Numbered from the stretch's first letter, positions 37,729 to 48,847 are shown. The stretch is 64,000 nucleotides of DNA from an uncultured delta proteobacterium (GCA_963803435.1 CAWDML010000015.1:32001-96000), one strand, 5' to 3'. Made by a program: numbers and translations. Notes: generated from the letters alone by a model not told the origin.

Positions 37729-38594
37729 ATGCTGGCGGCGACGGCGATCGCGATGATCGCGACGATGACGAGGATCGAGATCCACGAGGGGATCTCGATC
37801 CACGCGTGGATAATCATCTTGACGCCGGTGTAGGCGAGCACGGCGGCGATGCCATAGTGGAGGTAGTCGAGGTCCTGCAGCACCTTCGCCAGCACCAGGT
37901 AGAGCGAGCGGAGCCCGAGGATCGCGAACACGTTCGAGCTGTAGACGATGAACGGCAGGTGCGTGACCGAGAGGGCCGCCGGGACCGAGTCCACCGCGAA
38001 CACGATGTCGCTCAGCTCGAGCCCGATCAGGGCGATCAGGAGCGGCGTGACCACCCATCGACCGTCCTCGCTCGCGAAGAAGTCGCGGCCCTTCACGTTC
38101 TCGCTCACCGGTAGGTGCGCCGAGAGCCAGCCGACCAGCTTGCTGTCCTTGCGGTCGGGATGCTCGCGGAGCGCGCGCACCGCCGCGAAGAGCAGGACCG
38201 CACCAAAGACGTACTCGACCCAGCTCCAGCGCTCCAGCGCCGCCGCCCCCGCGAAGATGAAGATCGCGCGGAAGACGAGCGCCCCGATGACCCCGAAGAA
38301 CAGCACCTTGTGGTGTCGCTTCGTCGGAATCTTCAGGACGGAGAAGATGACCAAGAAGACGAAGAGGTTGTCGATCGAGAGGCTCTTCTCGATCAGGTAC
38401 GCGGCCAGGTAGTCCTGCGCCGCCCCGCCGCCGTCGAGGCTCAGGATCACGGCGGCGAAGGCGAGGCCGGCGCCGATCCAGACGACTGTCCAGATCGTGG
38501 CGGCCTTCGCGGACTGCCCCCTGTCCCCCCGGTGGGCGAGCAGGTCGAGGGCGAGCAACGCCACGACCGCTCCGCCGAAGAGGATCCACTGCAC
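37683..38594 (-). CDS. TerC/Alx family membrane protein
   Basis: YLIEKSLSIDNLFVF, DIVFAVDSVPA, SNVFAILGLRSLY. Confidence 0.9.
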   Translation of the reverse strand: MQWILFGGAVVALLALDLLAHRGDRGQSAKAATIWTVVWIGAGLAFAAVILSLDGGGAAQDYLAAYLIEKSLSIDNLFVFLVIFSVLKIPTKRHHKVLFFGVIGALVFRAIFIFAGAAALERWSWVEYVFGAVLLFAAVRALREHPDRKDSKLVGWLSAHLPVSENVKGRDFFASEDGRWVVTPLLIALIGLELSDIVFAVDSVPAALSVTHLPFIVYSSNVFAILGLRSLYLVLAKVLQDLDYLHYGIAAVLAYTGVKMIIHAWIEIPSWISILVIVAIIAIAVAASIHARSASSSAPASTS

Positions 38595-38712
38595 CCCCGG
38601 AGTCGTGCAAGAGCTCGACCCGGCCGGTGCGCGTCGCTTTCGACGGACCTCGCCGGGGCGCCGCGGCGAAAAACGACCTCCGTCTTTTCCTGCGCTCTGG
38701 TAGATCCGAGTC

Positions 38713-39426
38713 GTGCCCAAGCCCGCCGACCCGAAGAAGATCGCCGAGCGCCTCGCGCGCATGGTGCCCGAGCCGATCACCGAGCTCGATCACCAGAACG
38801 CCTGGCAGCTCCTGGTCGCCACCATCCTCTCGGCCCAGAGCACCGACAAGACGATCAACGCCATCACTCCGGCGCTGTTCGCGAAGTACCCGACGCCGCG
38901 TGCGCTCGCGGAGGCGCCCTCGGACGACGTGGAGACGATGGTGAAGAAGAGCGGTTTCTTCCGGAACAAGACCAAGTCGATCCAGCGGATGAGCCGGGCC
39001 CTCGTGGAGAACCACGGCGGCGAGGTCCCGCAGACGATGGACGAGCTCGTCGAGCTCCCGGGGGTGGCGCGGAAGACGGCGAACCTGATCCTGGGGCACG
39101 CGTTCCAGGTGGCGGAGGGCGTCCTCGTCGATACGCACGTCACGCGCGTGGCCGGTCGGCTCGGGCTCTCCAAGGAGGAAAAGCCGGAGCGCATCGAAGC
39201 GGATCTGATGGAGGCGTTCTCGAAGCGCCATTGGATCGCGATCGGCAGCCGGTTGCTGCTCCTGGGCCGCTACGTCTGTACGGCGAAGAATCCGAGGTGC
39301 GAGCGCTGTCCCGTCAACGAGCTGTGCCCGAGCCGGACCGGCGATCCGGTGGCCGCCTGGACGGCGCGGGCGGACGCAGCGAAGGAGACGATCGCCTCGC
39401 GCGGCGAGGTGCCGCTACCGGACTAG
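38713..39426 (+). CDS. nth: Endonuclease III
   Basis: LVATILSAQSTD, LPGVARKTAN, VDTHV, C-x6-C-x2-C-x5-C cluster. Confidence 0.92.
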   Translation: MPKPADPKKIAERLARMVPEPITELDHQNAWQLLVATILSAQSTDKTINAITPALFAKYPTPRALAEAPSDDVETMVKKSGFFRNKTKSIQRMSRALVENHGGEVPQTMDELVELPGVARKTANLILGHAFQVAEGVLVDTHVTRVAGRLGLSKEEKPERIEADLMEAFSKRHWIAIGSRLLLLGRYVCTAKNPRCERCPVNELCPSRTGDPVAAWTARADAAKETIASRGEVPLPD

Positions 39427-39509
39427 GAGCGTGTAGCGCGTAAGCGCTCACGCGACCCCGGTCCGGGTCCCGGTCCCGGTCCGGGTCCCGATCTGAAGAT
39501 GGCTGCCTT

Positions 39510-40090
39510 GAGTCAGACGCTCGCGACGGTCGCGAGCTTCGATCGGTAGAGCTTGAGCAGGTTGCGGGTGAGGCAGACGAGCGTCCACTCGGCTCGTACC
39601 TTGAAGAAGGAGCGTAGCGAGAACCGGCGCGTCTTGGTTCTGTTCGGGTCCAACAGCGATGTGGGCATCGATCTGATTGTTGTCGCAGAATTCGATGTTG
39701 GTCGCGCTCAGATAGCCGTTGTCTGCCGTCATCTTCCGCGGAGCATCGCCGCAGTTGCCGAACACATCACGGAGCATCGGGACGAGGTGTTGCTGATCAG
39801 GTGCCTGGTTGCTGACCTCTTCGGCGACAATCACCTGAGCGTGCTCATCTACGACAACTTGGGCATTGTAGGCCTGGAGGTACGCTCCCTCCTTCAACAT
39901 GATCCTGCTGTCTGAGTCGGTGAAGTTCCTCGAGCGTTGGGCCTCGGTGTGCCGTCCACATTTGCAGGAACGCGATGATGCGGCCATCCATCATTTCGTT
40001 CAGTTGGGTCTGGGGATGGTTCGAGCTGGTCAGCCTGCGCTCTTGCCTTCTCGGCTCGAGTTCTCGCTCGCTTCTGCTCCACCAGATCCA
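39510..40090 (-). pseudogene. IS1182-family transposase remnant (frameshifted, internally deleted)
   Basis: RNFTDSDSRIM...QAYNAQ...TADNGY and, in another frame, KVRAEWTLVCLTRNLLKL; lower GC. Confidence 0.75.
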
Positions 40091-40282
40091 CAAGAGCAGC
40101 GCAGCCTTCGCTTCCGATTGTCTCGGAGTCCAAGAACGGTAAAGAACGGTATTGCTTCGCCACGAAACCATGGGATCAAGTCCAGGCGTCGAAGTCGATC
40201 CGCCCAACGATCGATTCCAGACGAAACGACCTCCAAGAACTTCTGCTGGTCAAAGTGGACGAGCTACCGCAAGCTAGCTTGC

Positions 40283-40726
40283 ATGGTCACTTTCGATCAC
40301 GAGAAGCTCGAGGTCTACCAGCTCGCCGTCGAGTATGCCGACATCGCTGAAGAGATCGCACAAGAACTGCAACCCGGTCACGCTCACGTCCGCGATCAGC
40401 TTCGGCGGGCATCCGATTCCATCGTGAACAACACCGCCGAGGGCGCCGGAGAGTTCAATCCACCTGAGAAGGCTCGCTTCTACCGGATGGCTCTTCGCTC
40501 TGGCACCGAAAGCGCCGCCTCACTCCACACCTGCTCGAGGCGCCGACTCACCAACGAGCAGAAGGTCCAAGCCGCCAGAGCCAAGCTCAAGCGCGTTGTC
40601 GAGATGCTCACGCGACTTGATGAGGCCGATGAACGCACGCCGGGCTGCATGATCGCCATCGGGACCGGGACCGGGACCGGGACCCGGACCGGGCTCGCGG
40701 TAGCGCTACGCGCTACACGCTCCTAG
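40283..40726 (+). CDS. Four-helix-bundle protein; C-terminus reads through the repeat (GTGTGTGTRTG)
   Basis: FDHEKLEVYQLA...DQLRRASDSIVNNTAEGAG...KARFYRMALRSGTESAA. Confidence 0.88.
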   Translation: MVTFDHEKLEVYQLAVEYADIAEEIAQELQPGHAHVRDQLRRASDSIVNNTAEGAGEFNPPEKARFYRMALRSGTESAASLHTCSRRRLTNEQKVQAARAKLKRVVEMLTRLDEADERTPGCMIAIGTGTGTGTRTGLAVALRATRS

Positions 40727-41187
40727 CCGAGGATCCGCTCCAGCTCGGACTCGTCGATCAGCTCCGCGATCGTGTCTCTCGCTGCCAGCAGCGCTTCGTC
40801 GGTGAAGCCGTTCGGCGAGACCAGGATGGCCTTGTTGAACCCCTCTGCGTGGGCGAAGTCGACGGTCGCGATCACGTCGGGTCCGCGGACGCGCTCGTCT
40901 TCGGGCAGATTGAACGCGCGCACGTAGACCTCTTGGCGGTTGGTGGGCTCGATCGTGCGGGCGACGAAACTCGGGCCGTCACCCTGGTCCGGATCCCGCC
41001 GGACGATCTCCAAGGCCAGCGCCTGCATCAGCCGTTCGGCGCGAGCGCCCACCGTGCGCTCGGGTGTCGCGAAGTGCGCCACCCCTCCGGCGGGCGCGGT
41101 GGTCGGCTCGTGGGCGCCACCGCGCAGGAAGAGGAACAGCGTCATCACCACGATCAAGAGCGCCACGGTCAGGATCACGACTCCCAT
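40723..41187 (-). CDS. Membrane-anchored Mrr-like restriction-endonuclease-fold protein, probably catalytically degenerate
   Basis: N-terminal TM; C-terminal KAILVSPNGFTDEA...ELIDESEL. Confidence 0.6.
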   Translation of the reverse strand: MGVVILTVALLIVVMTLFLFLRGGAHEPTTAPAGGVAHFATPERTVGARAERLMQALALEIVRRDPDQGDGPSFVARTIEPTNRQEVYVRAFNLPEDERVRGPDVIATVDFAHAEGFNKAILVSPNGFTDEALLAARDTIAELIDESELERILG

Positions 41188-41234
41188 GGCGTGGAAACGT
41201 AGCAAGTGCGGGACCAGGCGTGCATGCTGGCGGC

Positions 41235-41447
41235 ATGAAGGACGAGTTTGCGTGCGCGCTGACGAAGGGAACGCGTCTCGAGGCCTATATCGGGCGCCGC
41301 GAGGACGACACGCTGATCGAGCTCGCGATCTCGGAGGCGCTCGGCGCTGTCCACTCGGTCTGCATGCGCGTGGAGGATGCGCGGGAGCTGGCGCTGACGC
41401 TGAACGATCTGGCCGATCGCCTCGAGAAGCACCTGGCGAAGAAGTGA
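41235..41447 (+). CDS. Small hypothetical protein (70 aa)
   Basis: MKDEFACALTKG...; GC3-rich codons; fills the gap between genes. Confidence 0.55.
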   Translation: MKDEFACALTKGTRLEAYIGRREDDTLIELAISEALGAVHSVCMRVEDARELALTLNDLADRLEKHLAKK

Positions 41448-41448
41448 G

Positions 41449-42627
41449 CTAGGCGCGCTGGTAGAGCGTGACGACGCAGGCGCCGCCGAGGCCGAGGTTG
41501 TGCTGGAGCGCGGTACGGGCGCCCTCGACCTGACGTTGCTCGGCCTGGCCGCGGAGCTGCCAGACGAGCTCGGTGCACTGGGCGAGGCCGGTGGCGCCGA
41601 GCGGGTGGCCCTTGGAGAGCAGGCCGCCGGACGGGTTGACCACGTACTTGCCCCCGTAGCTGTTGTCGCCGTCCCAGATGAACTTCTCTGCTTCGCCCTC
41701 CTTGCAGAGACCGATCGCCTCGTAGGTGACGAGCTCGTTGGCGGTGAAGCAGTCGTGGAGCTCGACCACGTCGATGTCCTCGGGCCCGATTCCGGACTTC
41801 TCGTAGACCTCGGCGGCCGCCTCCTTCGACATGTCGTAGCCGATCATCTTGATCATCGACTTCTCCTGGAAGCTGGAGGCGAAGTCGGTCTTCATCGACT
41901 GCGCGACGATCTTCACCGGCGTGCGGACCTTCTTCTTCTTCGCGAAGTCTTCGGAGCAGACGATCGCGGCGGCAGCGCCGCAGGTGGGCGGGCAGCACTG
42001 GAAGCGGGTGAGGGGATCGAAGACCTCGTCCGAGGCCATCACCTCGTCGAGGGAGAGCGTCTTGTTGAAGATGGCGTACGGGTTCTTGGAGGCGTGCTGG
42101 CGCGCCTTCACCGAGATCTGGCCGAACGTCTCCCGCTTGGTGCCGTGGCGCCAGCGGTACTCTCTCGCGGCGCCGCCGAACATCTGCGCGGTGGGCGGAG
42201 CGCTGACGAAGCCCTGGACGTCGTTCATGACGGCGAAGTGTTGATCGATCGGGTTCAGGCGATCGTCCCACTTGGCGGAGAGCGCGCCGCGCTCCATCTT
42301 CTCGAAGCCGACGGCCAGCACGCACTCGGCGATGCCGCCGGCGACCGCCTGGCGGGCCAGCATCAGCGCCGTCGAGCCGGTCGAGCAGTTGTTGTTGACG
42401 TTGAACACCGGGATCCCGGTCAGGCCGACCTCGTAGACCGCGCGCTGGCCGCAGGTGCTGTCACCGAAGACATAGCCTGCGTACGCCTGCTCGATCTCGG
42501 GATACGCGACGCCGGCGTCCTCGAGCGCCATCCTGGCCGCCGTGGCGGCCATGACGTGGTACTCCTCGCTGGCGCCCGGCTTCGCGAACTTGTTCATGCC
42601 GACGCCGATCACGTACGTGCTTCGCAT
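41449..42627 (-). CDS. SCP2/SCPx-type thiolase (lipid-transfer protein family)
   Basis: NVNNNCSTGS, GFEKM, ELHDCF, NPSGGLLSKGHPLGATG, LQHNLGLGG. Confidence 0.9.
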   Translation of the reverse strand: MRSTYVIGVGMNKFAKPGASEEYHVMAATAARMALEDAGVAYPEIEQAYAGYVFGDSTCGQRAVYEVGLTGIPVFNVNNNCSTGSTALMLARQAVAGGIAECVLAVGFEKMERGALSAKWDDRLNPIDQHFAVMNDVQGFVSAPPTAQMFGGAAREYRWRHGTKRETFGQISVKARQHASKNPYAIFNKTLSLDEVMASDEVFDPLTRFQCCPPTCGAAAAIVCSEDFAKKKKVRTPVKIVAQSMKTDFASSFQEKSMIKMIGYDMSKEAAAEVYEKSGIGPEDIDVVELHDCFTANELVTYEAIGLCKEGEAEKFIWDGDNSYGGKYVVNPSGGLLSKGHPLGATGLAQCTELVWQLRGQAEQRQVEGARTALQHNLGLGGACVVTLYQRA

Positions 42628-42659
42628 TCATTCACCTCACTTCGGTTCGGGTGCCGCCG

Positions 42660-45497
42660 TCAAGCGGCCAGGAACGCCAGACGCCGGGCCACCTGGAGAT
42701 CGCCTTCGACGCGGAGCTTGCCCCGCTGGAAGAGGTCGCCGGCTTGCGCGCCGCCGGCGAGCGCAAGCAGCGTCTCCTCGCTGAGTGTGAGCACCGCGTC
42801 CGCCTGACCGCCGCCGCGCTCGATCGTCCCGCTCTTCAGATCGACCAGCCACTCGGAGCTCGGCTCGGTCACCTTGAAGTGGATCCGTCCCGGACGTCCC
42901 GGCTCGAGCGACCTCGCCAGACTCTCGAAGAAGGCCGGCGCGCGGGAGGCAGGAGGTGCCGGCGCCTTGGCCTGTTGGACGTCCTTGAGGAAGCTCAGCT
43001 TCTGCGACGCCATCACGTTGCCGGTGATCTTCAGCTTGCCCTCGAGGAACATCTTCTGCGGGTCGGCCTGTCCCTTGCTCATCGCCAGGAAGTCCGCGTC
43101 GCTGAGCGCGAGCGTGCACTCGGGTGGCTGCGTCTCGCCGGCGCCGACGGCGCCACGCTTGAGGTCGATCGTCCAGACGCTCTCCGGATCGGAGAGCTTG
43201 AACTGGAAGACCGTGGCAACCTTGGCGACCAGCTCCGGATGCTGAGCCACGTAGTCGCCGATCGCCCGGAACACCACCGACGTCCCTCGAGCGTCCGGCG
43301 CCGGTGACGGCGTCGCTGGAGACATCTTCACCTTCTGCAGGAACGACAGCTTCTGCGACGCCATGATGTTTCCCGAGATCTTGAGCTTGCCGTTCATGAA
43401 CAGCTTCTGCGGGTCGAGCTCGCCCCTGACCATGCCCATGAAGTCGGCGTCCGAGAGCTCGAGCGTGCAATCCGGCTTGCCCGCCTTCCCCTCCACGACC
43501 GAGCCGGAGCCGTTCTTGAGATCGAGCGTCCAGACGCTGTCCGGTGTCGTGAGCCCGAACTGGAAGACCGTACCGACCTTACCCACGAGCTCCCCGTGCG
43601 CCTTCACATGGTCAGCGATCGCGGCGAAGACCGCCTTCGATCCCGCCGCCGCCGGAGCGCCCGGCTTCGCCTCGACGACCGCGGCCTTCGGCTTCGGCTT
43701 CGGGATCTCCGCGTACAGCTCCACCGCCGCGTTCTTGATCACCACCTCACCGCGCTCCTTCACCTTGCACTGGAGCACGATCTTGCCGTCGCTCTCCTTC
43801 CACATCTCCGTAACCAGCGTCTCGCCGGGGTACACGCTCGCCGCCATGCGCACCTTGATGCTCTTGAAGTAGCGGGTGTCGCCGTCAGCGAAGCTCTTGA
43901 TTGCGTGTCGTCCGGCGTATCCGAACGTACAGAGGCCGTGGAGGATCGGCTTCTCGAATCCGACCGCCTTGGCGAACATCGGATCGGCGTGGAGCGGGTT
44001 CACGTCGCCGGTGAGCCGGTACAGCAGCGCCTGGTTGGGGCTGATCCGCTCCTCGACCACGGCGTCCGGCTTCCGCGCCGGCGGCACGTTCTCCTCGACC
44101 GACGGCCCGCGCTCCCCGCCCCAGCCGCCGCAGCCGCGGGCGACGATGATCAGATCATTGACGATCAGGAGCTCCCCGTTCTCGTCGTAGCTCTTGGTCT
44201 CGATGTCGACGACCGCGTTCTTGCCCTTGTCGTAGATCTGCTTCACCTGCGACCGCTGAGTGAGCTGCGCCTTCGGGGGGAGCGGCCGCTTGAGCTCGGT
44301 GTACTGCTCGCCGTGGAGGATCCGGTCGAAGCCGAAGCTCAACCCGGGTGCCAGCTTCCCCTCCCTGGCCAGGGCGATGAAGCTGTTGACCGCGGGGATG
44401 ACGCCGAAGGTGGGCAGCGGGGAGAAGCCGTCGGAGTGGAGCTCGTAGACGTAGCGGAGCTCGTCGCTGTAGGGATCCGAGGCCGCGCCCACGCCGAGGG
44501 CGTACAGCGCCAGGTCCTTCTCATCGTAGCTCCAGCGCGTGTCCTCGAACTGGTAGCCGAGGGCCGCGTCGACGTCGATGTACTGATTGCCGCCCTTGCT
44601 GGGCTCGCGGCGCACGTTGTCCAGCACCGGCCCCATCGCGTTCATGGCGTCGGTCGGATGCGTGGTCTCGTCGAAGCTCGTGATCGTATCCCAGTCGTGC
44701 TGCACGTCCTCGACGGTGATCGAGCGACCGCGCCGGTAGGTCTTGCCGGCGGTGCGCTCCCAGCGCAGCTTGGCGAAGAAGCCGCCGCCGACCTCGTAGA
44801 GACCGCCGCTGTCCTGACAGTCCTCGTGGCAGAGCCAGGCCACCAGCGGGCTGACGTACTCCGGCTTCAGCTCGTCGATCAGCTCCTCCGGGAGCACGGT
44901 CTCGGTGAGGCGCGACCCCGCGATCGGCGCGATCGTGTTGACGTTGACGTTCTTGCCACGACCCTCGAGCGCGAGCGTGTTCGCGAAGCCGGTCAAGCCG
45001 AGCTTCGCCATGCTGTAGTTCGCCTGCCCGAAGTTGCCGTAGATGCCGGCGGCCGAGGCGGTCATGATGATCCGCCCGTACTGTTGCTCGCGGAGATGGG
45101 GCCAGGCGGCGTGGGTGACGCGGAAGCTGCCGTTCACGTGAACGCGATAGACCAGCTCCCAGTCTTCCCTCGTCATCTTCGCGAAGCTCTTGTCGCGCAG
45201 GATGCCCGCGTTGTTGACGACGACATCGATGCGCTTGAAGCAGTCGAGCGCGCACTGGACGATCTTGTCGCCGTCCTCCACCGAGTCGTAGCTGGCGACC
45301 GCCTCCCCGCCGGCGGCGCGGATCTCCTCGACAACCTTGTCGGCCGCCGAGCTGCTCCGGCCCTCGCCGAAGGCCGATCCGCCGAGGTCGTTCACTACGA
45401 CCTTGGCCCCACGGGCTCCCAATAGCAGGGCGTGCGATCTCCCCAGACCGCCCCCGGCACCGGTGATCACGGCAACTTTTCCGTCGAAACGCAGCAT
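42660..45497 (-). CDS. Peroxisomal MFE-2-like multifunctional enzyme: SDR dehydrogenase + MaoC hydratase-2 + three SCP2 domains
   Basis: TGAGGGLG, NNAGILRD, YSMAK; LHGEQ, YRLTGDVNPLHAD, ILHGLC; three repeats ending GKLK/R(I/V)xG. Confidence 0.9.
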   Translation of the reverse strand: MLRFDGKVAVITGAGGGLGRSHALLLGARGAKVVVNDLGGSAFGEGRSSSAADKVVEEIRAAGGEAVASYDSVEDGDKIVQCALDCFKRIDVVVNNAGILRDKSFAKMTREDWELVYRVHVNGSFRVTHAAWPHLREQQYGRIIMTASAAGIYGNFGQANYSMAKLGLTGFANTLALEGRGKNVNVNTIAPIAGSRLTETVLPEELIDELKPEYVSPLVAWLCHEDCQDSGGLYEVGGGFFAKLRWERTAGKTYRRGRSITVEDVQHDWDTITSFDETTHPTDAMNAMGPVLDNVRREPSKGGNQYIDVDAALGYQFEDTRWSYDEKDLALYALGVGAASDPYSDELRYVYELHSDGFSPLPTFGVIPAVNSFIALAREGKLAPGLSFGFDRILHGEQYTELKRPLPPKAQLTQRSQVKQIYDKGKNAVVDIETKSYDENGELLIVNDLIIVARGCGGWGGERGPSVEENVPPARKPDAVVEERISPNQALLYRLTGDVNPLHADPMFAKAVGFEKPILHGLCTFGYAGRHAIKSFADGDTRYFKSIKVRMAASVYPGETLVTEMWKESDGKIVLQCKVKERGEVVIKNAAVELYAEIPKPKPKAAVVEAKPGAPAAAGSKAVFAAIADHVKAHGELVGKVGTVFQFGLTTPDSVWTLDLKNGSGSVVEGKAGKPDCTLELSDADFMGMVRGELDPQKLFMNGKLKISGNIMASQKLSFLQKVKMSPATPSPAPDARGTSVVFRAIGDYVAQHPELVAKVATVFQFKLSDPESVWTIDLKRGAVGAGETQPPECTLALSDADFLAMSKGQADPQKMFLEGKLKITGNVMASQKLSFLKDVQQAKAPAPPASRAPAFFESLARSLEPGRPGRIHFKVTEPSSEWLVDLKSGTIERGGGQADAVLTLSEETLLALAGGAQAGDLFQRGKLRVEGDLQVARRLAFLAA

Positions 45498-45560
45498 CTC
45501 GAGCCGGCAGTTAGCACGAGGGCTGGGCGAGGCACCACCGGTCGGGATACTGTGCTTGCC

Positions 45561-46685
<1,125 letters not shown>

Positions 46686-48209
46686 ATGGCCAACCTCTAC
46701 ACCATCACCAGCGATGGCTACGACCGGGACCTCTTCGAGCAGATCCTCGGCGAAGATCCCGCGCTCCAGAAGACCGCCGAACGCGTGCGCCGCCTCCTCC
46801 CGCACGCCGACCCGCTCCTGTGTGATCTCTTCGCCGCCCTCTTCAAGCTCAACGTCGAGCTCTTGCCTCCGGAGCGTGTCTCGGCCGGCGTGCTGATCAA
46901 CCGGCGCCTGATGGAGGCGGTGACCAAGAGCGACCAGCTCGCGATCCTGCGGCAGCGCACGCAGCTCGACGAGATCCAGACCGCCGCGGCCACCGTGGTG
47001 CTCGCCGAGGCGCTCATGAAGTCGCTGGTCCGCGATCGCCGGGTCGTGGCCGAGGATCTGGTCGGCGCGATCGACGTGGCCCTCGACGAGGAGACGCTGG
47101 AGGAGCGCAAGGAGGCGCTCGACCACCTGACCGACCTCCCCGACGACGCCTTCGGCGAGGAGCCGACATCCAAATTGAAGAAGGCGCTGGAGAAGGAGAT
47201 CGCCACGCTGTCGAAGCGGATCGCGGAGAGCCGCGGCGCTCAGGAGAAGACCGTGGCCTCTCTCCCGCTCGACATCGACGTGGAGATCGACCGGCGGATG
47301 GCGCGCCTGCCCCAGGAGCTCGAGGACGCGGACTCGCAGCTGAACAGCATGGGCCTGGGGCAGGGCAGCCAGGGCAGGGTGGGGGCCCGCCAGCGGCTCG
47401 AGCTCGGCGAGAAGCTGATGAACAGCAAGAAGCTCCAGCTGCTGGCCAAGCTGGTGGGTGCGTTTCGCGAGGTCGCGTTCGAGGCCCGCCGCAAGCGGAT
47501 CGCACGCTCGCCGCAGGAGCTCCACTCGATCGGTACCGGCAACGATCTGGCGCACCTCTTGCCCTCCGAGCTGCTCGGGCTCTCGACGGAGCGGAAGCTG
47601 CTCCACAGCGACTTTCTCCGCCGGTACATCGAGCGGCAGCTCCTCCAGTACGACCTCCACGGAGCGTCCCAGCGCGGTCCGATGGTCGTCTGCGTCGACG
47701 GCTCGGGCTCGATGCACGGCTCCAAGGAGCTCTGGGCCAAGGCGGTGGCGCTGACGCTGATGGAGATCGCGCGCCGTGAGCGCCGCGGCTGCCTCGCGAT
47801 CGTGTTCTCCGCGGGGCATCAGCTCTTCGAGGTCGAGCTCCTGGGAAAGGCGCCTGGGCGCGGCGGCCGCTCCCCGGTGCGCTCGGAGGAGGTCATCCGC
47901 TTCGCCGAGCACTTCCCCGGCGGCGGGACATCGTTCGAGGAGCCGCTGACGCGGGCCGTCGACGCGGTGGCGCAGGAGTCCTACCGGCGCGGCGACATCG
48001 TTTTCATCACCGACGGCGAGGCCCACGTCTCGGACGAGTTCCTGAAGACGCTGGCAAAGAAGAAGAAGAAGCACCGATTCTGCATCCGCGGGATCGTCGT
48101 CGACGTCGCCCACAGCCGCACCGAGACGCTCGAGCGGTTCTGCGACGACGTGCGCTCGGTGACCGACCTGACCGCGGACTCGATGAAGGATCTCTTCGCC
48201 GTCGTCTGA
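46686..48209 (+). CDS. ViaA-like VWA-domain protein
   Basis: LLPSEL, MIDAS motif VDGSGSM, GGTSF, ITDG. Confidence 0.85.
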   Translation: MANLYTITSDGYDRDLFEQILGEDPALQKTAERVRRLLPHADPLLCDLFAALFKLNVELLPPERVSAGVLINRRLMEAVTKSDQLAILRQRTQLDEIQTAAATVVLAEALMKSLVRDRRVVAEDLVGAIDVALDEETLEERKEALDHLTDLPDDAFGEEPTSKLKKALEKEIATLSKRIAESRGAQEKTVASLPLDIDVEIDRRMARLPQELEDADSQLNSMGLGQGSQGRVGARQRLELGEKLMNSKKLQLLAKLVGAFREVAFEARRKRIARSPQELHSIGTGNDLAHLLPSELLGLSTERKLLHSDFLRRYIERQLLQYDLHGASQRGPMVVCVDGSGSMHGSKELWAKAVALTLMEIARRERRGCLAIVFSAGHQLFEVELLGKAPGRGGRSPVRSEEVIRFAEHFPGGGTSFEEPLTRAVDAVAQESYRRGDIVFITDGEAHVSDEFLKTLAKKKKKHRFCIRGIVVDVAHSRTETLERFCDDVRSVTDLTADSMKDLFAVV

Positions 48210-48266
48210 GGATTTGAGGGCCGTCACGAAGTTCTCGGGTCTGTCGACCCGTGCTACATCGGGTGT

Positions 48267-48845
48267 GTGCTCGGCGTGCTACCCGTCGCCCTCGCCGCCC
48301 TGTTCGCCGGGCAGACGCCCGACGACCTGGTGCTGTGTACCGGCGCCAGCGACTGTCCGCCCGACGCTGCCTGCGAGGACGGCGTGTGCGTGATGAGGGA
48401 GGCCGAGCCGCCGCCGGGGGTGCCGCGGAAGAAGCGCGTGCGGCGGAAGCGGGAGCGGCGCCGGCGGGAGCGCGATCCGAACCACTGCCGGCGCGGAGAC
48501 TGCGAGAAGGGCCAGGAGTGCTTCCGCGGCAGCTGCGGCCCGCCGGTACCCAGCGCCGGTACCGGGCTCCTCGTCGCCGGCGGTATCACCAGCGGGGTCA
48601 GCCTCCTCTTCTTCGGCGGCGCCGCCATATGTCAGGTCGGGGAGGGCGCGCAGCGGGATCAGAACGTCTGCACCTCGATCGAGGCCACCATCGGTGCGAT
48701 CGCGATCGCCGTCGGCGTCCCCATGCTCGTGCTCGGGATCCTGCGTCGGATGAAGTTCACCGAGTGGATGAAGGAGTACCACCCGCAGCTCGCGGTGGTG
48801 CCGACGGCTTCGGGAGCCACCGCCTCGCTCGGCATCGCGTTCTGA
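48267..48845 (+). CDS. Cys-rich exported or membrane protein
   Basis: Two C-x5-C-x5-C-x4-C repeats, a basic linker and two TM helices. Confidence 0.65.
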   Translation: MLGVLPVALAALFAGQTPDDLVLCTGASDCPPDAACEDGVCVMREAEPPPGVPRKKRVRRKRERRRRERDPNHCRRGDCEKGQECFRGSCGPPVPSAGTGLLVAGGITSGVSLLFFGGAAICQVGEGAQRDQNVCTSIEATIGAIAIAVGVPMLVLGILRRMKFTEWMKEYHPQLAVVPTASGATASLGIAF

Positions 48846-48847
48846 CG

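Larger units (their letters stand above)
39423..40726. mobile_element. Non-autonomous element (cassette 2) with ~70 bp terminal inverted repeats and CTAG at both ends
   Basis: 39423-39492 and 40658-40726 are reverse complements with ~5 differences; each contains GAGCGTGTAGCGCG followed by (CCCGGT)n hexamers. Confidence 0.75.

Noticed and set aside
39455-39492. Short tandem repeats as a possible CRISPR array
   Set aside because: 6-7 nt units with no spacers and no cas genes
31824-40726. Four-helix-bundle (Avd-like) genes as part of a diversity-generating retroelement
   Set aside because: No reverse transcriptase and no TR/VR repeat pair seen in the window
45511-45540. TTAGCAC as a CIRCE half-site
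   Set aside because: Second half-site absent and it is not upstream of chaperone genes
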